38,623 nt of DNA from IMG/VR virus record IMGVR_UViG_3300036985_002742, positions 1 to 38,623 of that record, one strand, 5' to 3'. How positions within the stretch are numbered: position 1 is the stretch's first letter; every line of letters begins with the position of its first letter. Source of the DNA: a virus (taxonomy: Duplodnaviria; Caudoviricetes). Positions 34,637-38,623 of this stretch are shown one piece after another. The notes under the pieces were generated by a model. It was not told where the DNA came from. It saw only the letters and a program-made list of their open reading frames with translations, and ran no database searches. A program made the translations under genes and the position numbers.

Positions 34637-34832
34637 CTCCGAGACATTTCGGTTTCAATGCGAGGTAAGAACATTACTACGCTGGGGGGTGGCTAAATCC
34701 CGCGGGACTGTTGGTGCGTTTCTGGACAAGGTTGAGGCAAAGCGCGGAAAAGAGGCAAAGGTTGCTTTGGAAACGGCGTTTCGAGACCAGTGGTTGAAGG
34801 GGAATCGTGGCGCGGAGGGCGTCTGGTTCTGA
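34626..34832 (+). CDS. Hypothetical phage protein
   Basis: GTG start after GGAG; CEVR...VEAKRGKEA...QWLKGNRG...W pattern. Confidence 0.68.
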   Translation: MDTSSETFRFQCEVRTLLRWGVAKSRGTVGAFLDKVEAKRGKEAKVALETAFRDQWLKGNRGAEGVWF

Positions 34833-34838
34833 GTTTTA

Positions 34839-34857
34839 TGTTGTGATTTTAGCAACG
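34839..34857. promoter_or_regulatory. 19-bp operator-like palindrome
   Basis: TGTTGTGATTTTAGCAACG, intergenic, just upstream of the methylase RBS. Confidence 0.55.
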
Positions 34858-34870
34858 AATTGGAGGATGT

Positions 34871-35506
34871 ATGAATATAAGTGAGAGCAGCAATGCTGCC
34901 CCGTCTGGGATGGCAAAGTTGAAGGTGTTGATCGGATGCGAATCGAGCGGAGCAATCCGCGACGCCTTTTTGAAACTGGGCCATGAGGCCATGAGCTGCG
35001 ACCTGTTGCCGACCGAGTCAGCCGGTCCGCATTATGAGGGCGACCTGTTCGACGTGATCGACTATCCGTGGGATCTGGCGATCTTTCATCCGGAATGCAC
35101 GCACCTCTCTGTAAGCGGCGCCCGTCATTTTGAGACCAAGCGGATGGATGGACGCCAGCAGGCCGGCGCATCCTTCTTCATGCGGGTGGTTCGCCAGTCC
35201 GCGCACATCCGTCACACAGCGATCGAGAACCCGATCTGCATCATGTCCTCGCTTTACAGGAAGCCGGACCAGATCATCCAGCCATGGCAGTTCGGACACG
35301 GCGAGACCAAGGCGACATGCCTCTGGATCAAGGGCCTCCCGCTTCTGGTGCCAACCAACGTGGTCGAGGGTCGTGAGCAGCGCATCCACAAGATGCCGCC
35401 CTCCCCTGATCGCTGGAAAGAACGCAGCCGCACCTATTCAGGAATTGCCGACGCCATTGCCCGTCAGTGGAGTGATGCGATTATCGCAACGAAGGGGGTC
35501 GCATGA
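34871..35506 (+). CDS. Compact phage DNA cytosine-C5 methyltransferase-like protein
   Basis: VLIGCESSG (motif I-like), SCD, HPECTHLS (motif IV), IENP (motif VI), PWQFGH; GGAGG RBS. Confidence 0.8.
   Translation: MNISESSNAAPSGMAKLKVLIGCESSGAIRDAFLKLGHEAMSCDLLPTESAGPHYEGDLFDVIDYPWDLAIFHPECTHLSVSGARHFETKRMDGRQQAGASFFMRVVRQSAHIRHTAIENPICIMSSLYRKPDQIIQPWQFGHGETKATCLWIKGLPLLVPTNVVEGREQRIHKMPPSPDRWKERSRTYSGIADAIARQWSDAIIATKGVA
35473..35491. promoter_or_regulatory. 19-bp operator-like palindrome in the methylase 3' end
   Basis: TGATGCGATTATCGCAACG. Confidence 0.6.
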
Positions 35507-35724
35507 GCCAGATCATGATCGCCTTCTTCGGGGTGACGGCTGTGTTTCTCTCGCAGGATCACGACGTCGATCGGCGCAAGTACGCCTGCCTGTTCGGACT
35601 GATGGCTCAGCCGTTCTGGTTCTATGAGACCTACTCGCATGGGCAGTGGGGTATTTTTGCGCTGTCGTTTTTCTATACCGCGTCATGGCTCCGCGGCTTT
35701 CATGTGCATTGGGTGAAGCCATGA
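35503..35724 (+). CDS. Small multi-TM membrane protein
   Basis: GLMAQPFW...QWGIF motif; ATGA overlaps on both sides. Confidence 0.68.
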   Translation: MSQIMIAFFGVTAVFLSQDHDVDRRKYACLFGLMAQPFWFYETYSHGQWGIFALSFFYTASWLRGFHVHWVKP

Positions 35725-37109
35725 GCCTGCGACCTAGACAGATCCAGGCGATCGACGATTTACGCCAGGCCTACGGCACTGGAAAACGCACGCCGATCCT
35801 GCGAGCTCCGACCGGCTTCGGCAAAACCCATACGACCGCCGAGATCATCAAGAACGCAGTCTCCCGTGGCAAACGCGTCTGGTTCACGGCGCATCTGCGC
35901 GAGCTGCTGCTCGACACATCGAAGCGGCTGACGAGCTCAGGCATTCCGCACTCCTTTATATGTGCGGGCTATCCGATGGGATTGAAGCAGGCCGTCCAGG
36001 TTGTCTCAGCCGAGACGCTGATGCGACGCCTGGGCAAGATCCCGCGTGACCTCTGGCCGGATCTTCTGATCGTGGACGAGGCGCACGTCGGCATGGACCG
36101 CACCAAGAAATTGCAGGACGCGCTGGGCAATCCCCTCTCGCTGCTGCTCACGGCCACGCCATCACGGCTCGACGGCCGCGGGTTGGGTGAGATCTCAGAC
36201 ACCATTATTGAAACATGCGGCACGCAGGAGCTGATCGACGAAGGCCTGCTGGTTCCGATCCGCTACTTCGCACCGTCCGCGGTGAACCTGACCGGCATCA
36301 AGCAGCGCGCAGGCGACTATGCGCAGGACGAGCTGGCCGCTGCCATGGACAAGCCGGCCATCACGGGATCGGCCGTGTCGCATTACCGCAAGCTGGCGCA
36401 TCGTCGTCCGGCCGTTGCGTTCTGTGTCTCGCTGGATCATGCCGAGCATACCGCGGCGGAGTTTCGTGCGTCCGGTTATCGCGCCATGGTGGTGCGCGGG
36501 GATTCGACGGAGCTCGAGCGGTCCACTGCCCTAAAGGCTCTGGCCAATGGCACGGTGGACGTGGTCTGCAACTGCCAGCTCTGGATCGCCGGCGTCGACT
36601 GCCCTGCCATTTCCTGCATCATTCTCCTGGCTCCGACACAATCGCTCACGCGCTACCTTCAATCGGTTGGCCGCGGCCTGCGCACGCATCCAGACAAGAA
36701 GGACTGCGTCATCCTTGATCATGCCAACTGTGCCGCCACGCACGGGCTGCCGACGGAGGACCGTGAATGGTCCCTCGATGGCGCCCGCGGCAAGAAATCA
36801 AAGCGCGATCCGGACGACATCCCGATCAAGACCTGTCCGGACTGCTTCCGCGTGCTGCGCTCCACCGTCTCGGTCTGCGAGTGCGGCCATGTGTTCACGC
36901 CGAAAGGTCGCGAGATCGAGGTGAAGGACGGCGAGCTGGCTGAGATCGATCTGCTGGCGGTACGTCGTGAGCGTATGCGCGAGCAAGGTTCGGCCCAGAC
37001 GCTGGACGATCTGAGAGCGCTGGCCAAGGCCAAGGGCTACAAGCCTGGCTGGGCTGATCGCATCTGGCAGGCACGCCAATCGAAGCAATCGCAAAAATAT
37101 TTCGCTTAG
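35721..37109 (+). CDS. SF2 DEAD/DEAH-box helicase with a C-terminal Zn ribbon
   Basis: LRPRQ, APTGFGKT, DEAH, TATP, QSVGRGLR, CPDC...CECG. Confidence 0.93.
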   Translation: MSLRPRQIQAIDDLRQAYGTGKRTPILRAPTGFGKTHTTAEIIKNAVSRGKRVWFTAHLRELLLDTSKRLTSSGIPHSFICAGYPMGLKQAVQVVSAETLMRRLGKIPRDLWPDLLIVDEAHVGMDRTKKLQDALGNPLSLLLTATPSRLDGRGLGEISDTIIETCGTQELIDEGLLVPIRYFAPSAVNLTGIKQRAGDYAQDELAAAMDKPAITGSAVSHYRKLAHRRPAVAFCVSLDHAEHTAAEFRASGYRAMVVRGDSTELERSTALKALANGTVDVVCNCQLWIAGVDCPAISCIILLAPTQSLTRYLQSVGRGLRTHPDKKDCVILDHANCAATHGLPTEDREWSLDGARGKKSKRDPDDIPIKTCPDCFRVLRSTVSVCECGHVFTPKGREIEVKDGELAEIDLLAVRRERMREQGSAQTLDDLRALAKAKGYKPGWADRIWQARQSKQSQKYFA

Positions 37110-37111
37110 GG

Positions 37112-37143
37112 TGTTGCGATAATCTAAACAGATGTGTTATAGT
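37112..37143 (+). promoter_or_regulatory. Promoter with an operator over the -35
   Basis: TGTTGCGATAATCTAAACA (37112-37130); TTGCGA-18 bp-TATAGT with a TG extension. Confidence 0.75.
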
Positions 37144-37172
37144 GTAATCACATTAACACGGAGGGCAGTAAA

Positions 37173-37469
37173 ATGAGCAAAGCAACGATGGCAACAATCA
37201 AGAGTTTCATTCGGAAGAACGGCGACAATCTTCTGATCTCAGTGAAGTCCCAGTTCGACGGCATGGTCGATGGCGTGAGGGCCTGTGAGGATAAGTCTTT
37301 CACTCCGGTCATCAAGACAGATGCACATGTGCAAAACACGCTTGGCATTCAAGGTGCGTGGGTTGTCGGCGGAAGCAGGGACTACATCAAGCCGCTTGAA
37401 ATCGAAGGCTTGACTGGGTTCAGAATTTACAACTGCTGCGGCAGCTTTGAAATCGCGGTCGCGGTTTAA
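37173..37469 (+). CDS. Hypothetical early protein
   Basis: GGAGG RBS; first gene after the promoter; FDGMVD...GSRDY...YNCCGSF. Confidence 0.75.
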   Translation: MSKATMATIKSFIRKNGDNLLISVKSQFDGMVDGVRACEDKSFTPVIKTDAHVQNTLGIQGAWVVGGSRDYIKPLEIEGLTGFRIYNCCGSFEIAVAV

Positions 37470-37479
37470 TAAGGGGACG

Positions 37480-37707
37480 ATGATGATCAGCAATAGCAAA
37501 CAAAACTGGCAAGTCGGATCGAATGTGAAAGTCGGCTTCATGAGCCTGGTGGTTCTGGCCTCGGTGGCCACGCCAGGCGACTACGCTCCGGACGCCTATG
37601 TGCTCACCAATGGCAAGGCGCTCTACAAGTTCGTGCCGCACAACGGCATCAGCAAACTGGAGTCGAGAGAGATCGAGGCTGCCATCAACGAAGTCAAGTT
37701 CAACTAG
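37480..37707 (+). CDS. Hypothetical early protein
   Basis: AAGGGG RBS; KQNWQVG...TPGDYAPDAY...YKFVPHNG. Confidence 0.72.
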   Translation: MMISNSKQNWQVGSNVKVGFMSLVVLASVATPGDYAPDAYVLTNGKALYKFVPHNGISKLESREIEAAINEVKFN

Positions 37708-37716
37708 GGAGGCAAT

Positions 37717-37875
37717 ATGGACTACCCAGAAATTTACGATCGCAAGCATTATGAGTACGGAACCTGGCGAGACATGAGAGACGTGGAGTTTCCACAAGCT
37801 CCGCGGCCATGGATTGATTATATCGTGGGCGGCGCGTGTTTAGCTGCCGTTATGGTAGCATTGGTTTTTATTTAA
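37717..37875 (+). CDS. 52-aa peptide with a C-terminal TM
   Basis: GGGAGG RBS; ends WIDYIVGGACLAAVMVALVFI. Confidence 0.6.
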   Translation: MDYPEIYDRKHYEYGTWRDMRDVEFPQAPRPWIDYIVGGACLAAVMVALVFI

Positions 37876-37920
37876 TAACTGAAGCCAGTCGGTTACTGGC
37901 ATTTATCGAGGAGTAATATT

Positions 37921-38166
37921 ATGAGCGAAACAGGAAGAAATCCAGATACATACGGAGCAAAGGCAGTCGGCCTAACATTTAATCCAAGCAATGATCCGAG
38001 CGTTGATAGAGTGAAGGTGGCTTTCGCCGACATCATTGACTACATAGACAATCTGCGAAGCCGCACAAATAACGCTGAGATCAAGCGCATGGCGAGCATT
38101 GCAATTACAGAAGCGCAGACAGCGCAAATGTGGTCAGTGAAAGCGCTGACTTGGAAGCACGACTAA
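37921..38166 (+). CDS. Acb2/Tad1-like helical hairpin protein (candidate immune-signal sponge)
   Basis: GAGGAG RBS; FNPS...VDRVKVAFADIID...RMASIAITEAQTAQMWSVKA pattern. Confidence 0.62.
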   Translation: MSETGRNPDTYGAKAVGLTFNPSNDPSVDRVKVAFADIIDYIDNLRSRTNNAEIKRMASIAITEAQTAQMWSVKALTWKHD

Positions 38167-38171
38167 TCTTT

Positions 38172-38360
38172 ATGAGCTGTATTGCTATGACTGGCGTTTT
38201 TCTCAAACCAGTGACGTGCCGCTGCGACGCTTACCCATTCCCGCATCGCCAAGACAGTCCGGAATGCCGCAAGCTTTACAACTCAGCGCATGAAGCCGGC
38301 TACGAGAAAAGCCAAAACCTTTTTACAAGCAACACATTTCCAACGAGAGGATTGAAATGA
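38172..38360 (+). CDS. Small Cys/His protein
   Basis: TCRCDAYPFPHR...C motif; ATGA overlap with the next ORF; start uncertain. Confidence 0.55.
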   Translation: MSCIAMTGVFLKPVTCRCDAYPFPHRQDSPECRKLYNSAHEAGYEKSQNLFTSNTFPTRGLK

Positions 38361-38479
38361 AAGACTATAAGCCAAAGCAGCAAGCCGAGTTCAACGATAC
38401 AGTTCTGATTGTGGTGGTGATCATCGCAGCAGCGTTGTTCGTGCATCAGTTTACGCAGTGGTGGTACATGTTCGACTAA
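38357..38479 (+). CDS. 40-aa single-TM peptide
   Basis: GAGG RBS; MKDYKPKQQAEFNDTVLIVVVIIAAALFVHQFTQWWYMFD. Confidence 0.55.
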   Translation: MKDYKPKQQAEFNDTVLIVVVIIAAALFVHQFTQWWYMFD

Positions 38480-38534
38480 GTTATTTTTGAATCAAACGCA
38501 CCAGCCGTTTGCTGGATTATCAGGAGAAATTGAA

Positions 38535-38623
38535 ATGGCAAAAAAATTATACGACCTCGCTGTCAAGACTGGCGAATACACGAACGGCTCAGGTGAAACG
38601 AAAGGCCGCTGGCAAAACGTCGG
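38535..38623 (+). CDS. 3'-truncated protein, possibly ssDNA-binding
   Basis: AGGAG RBS; MAKKLYDLAVKTGEYTNGSGETKGRWQNV runs off the end of the window. Confidence 0.55.
   Translation, partial: MAKKLYDLAVKTGEYTNGSGETKGRWQNV

Overview
Most of a tailed-phage genome (about 38.6 kb, both ends cut inside genes) with a podovirus-type layout like epsilon15/BPP-1. Order on +: PriCT-2/TOPRIM/VapE primase-helicase, putative origin, terS, terL, portal, scaffold, major capsid, capsid cement, tail tubular A/B, GNAT-like protein, four internal (ejected) virion proteins, tail fibre and chaperone, then a lysis cassette (holin-like genes, SAR lysozyme, Rz/Rz1). A leftward early operon follows (small ORFs, Xis-like HTH, RecT-like annealase, YqaJ exonuclease), then a CI/Cro-like switch and a rightward operon (C5 methylase, SF2 helicase, small ORFs including an Acb2/Tad1-like candidate). 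No integrase, reverse transcriptase, tRNA or CRISPR array was seen. Main observations: (1) a 1651-aa ejection protein whose middle carries ParB-like, ADP-ribosyltransferase-like, zeta-toxin-like kinase and zincin-like domains; (2) inside that gene, right after the kinase domain, a near-consensus sigma70 promoter and RBS driving an out-of-frame 56-aa ORF missing from the supplied ORF track, a candidate nested antitoxin; (3) a 19-bp palindrome repeated about 12 times, mostly over promoters; (4) a multi-hairpin RNA with anti-Shine-Dalgarno-like loops after the late operon. All family calls come from motifs recognised by eye, not from database searches.
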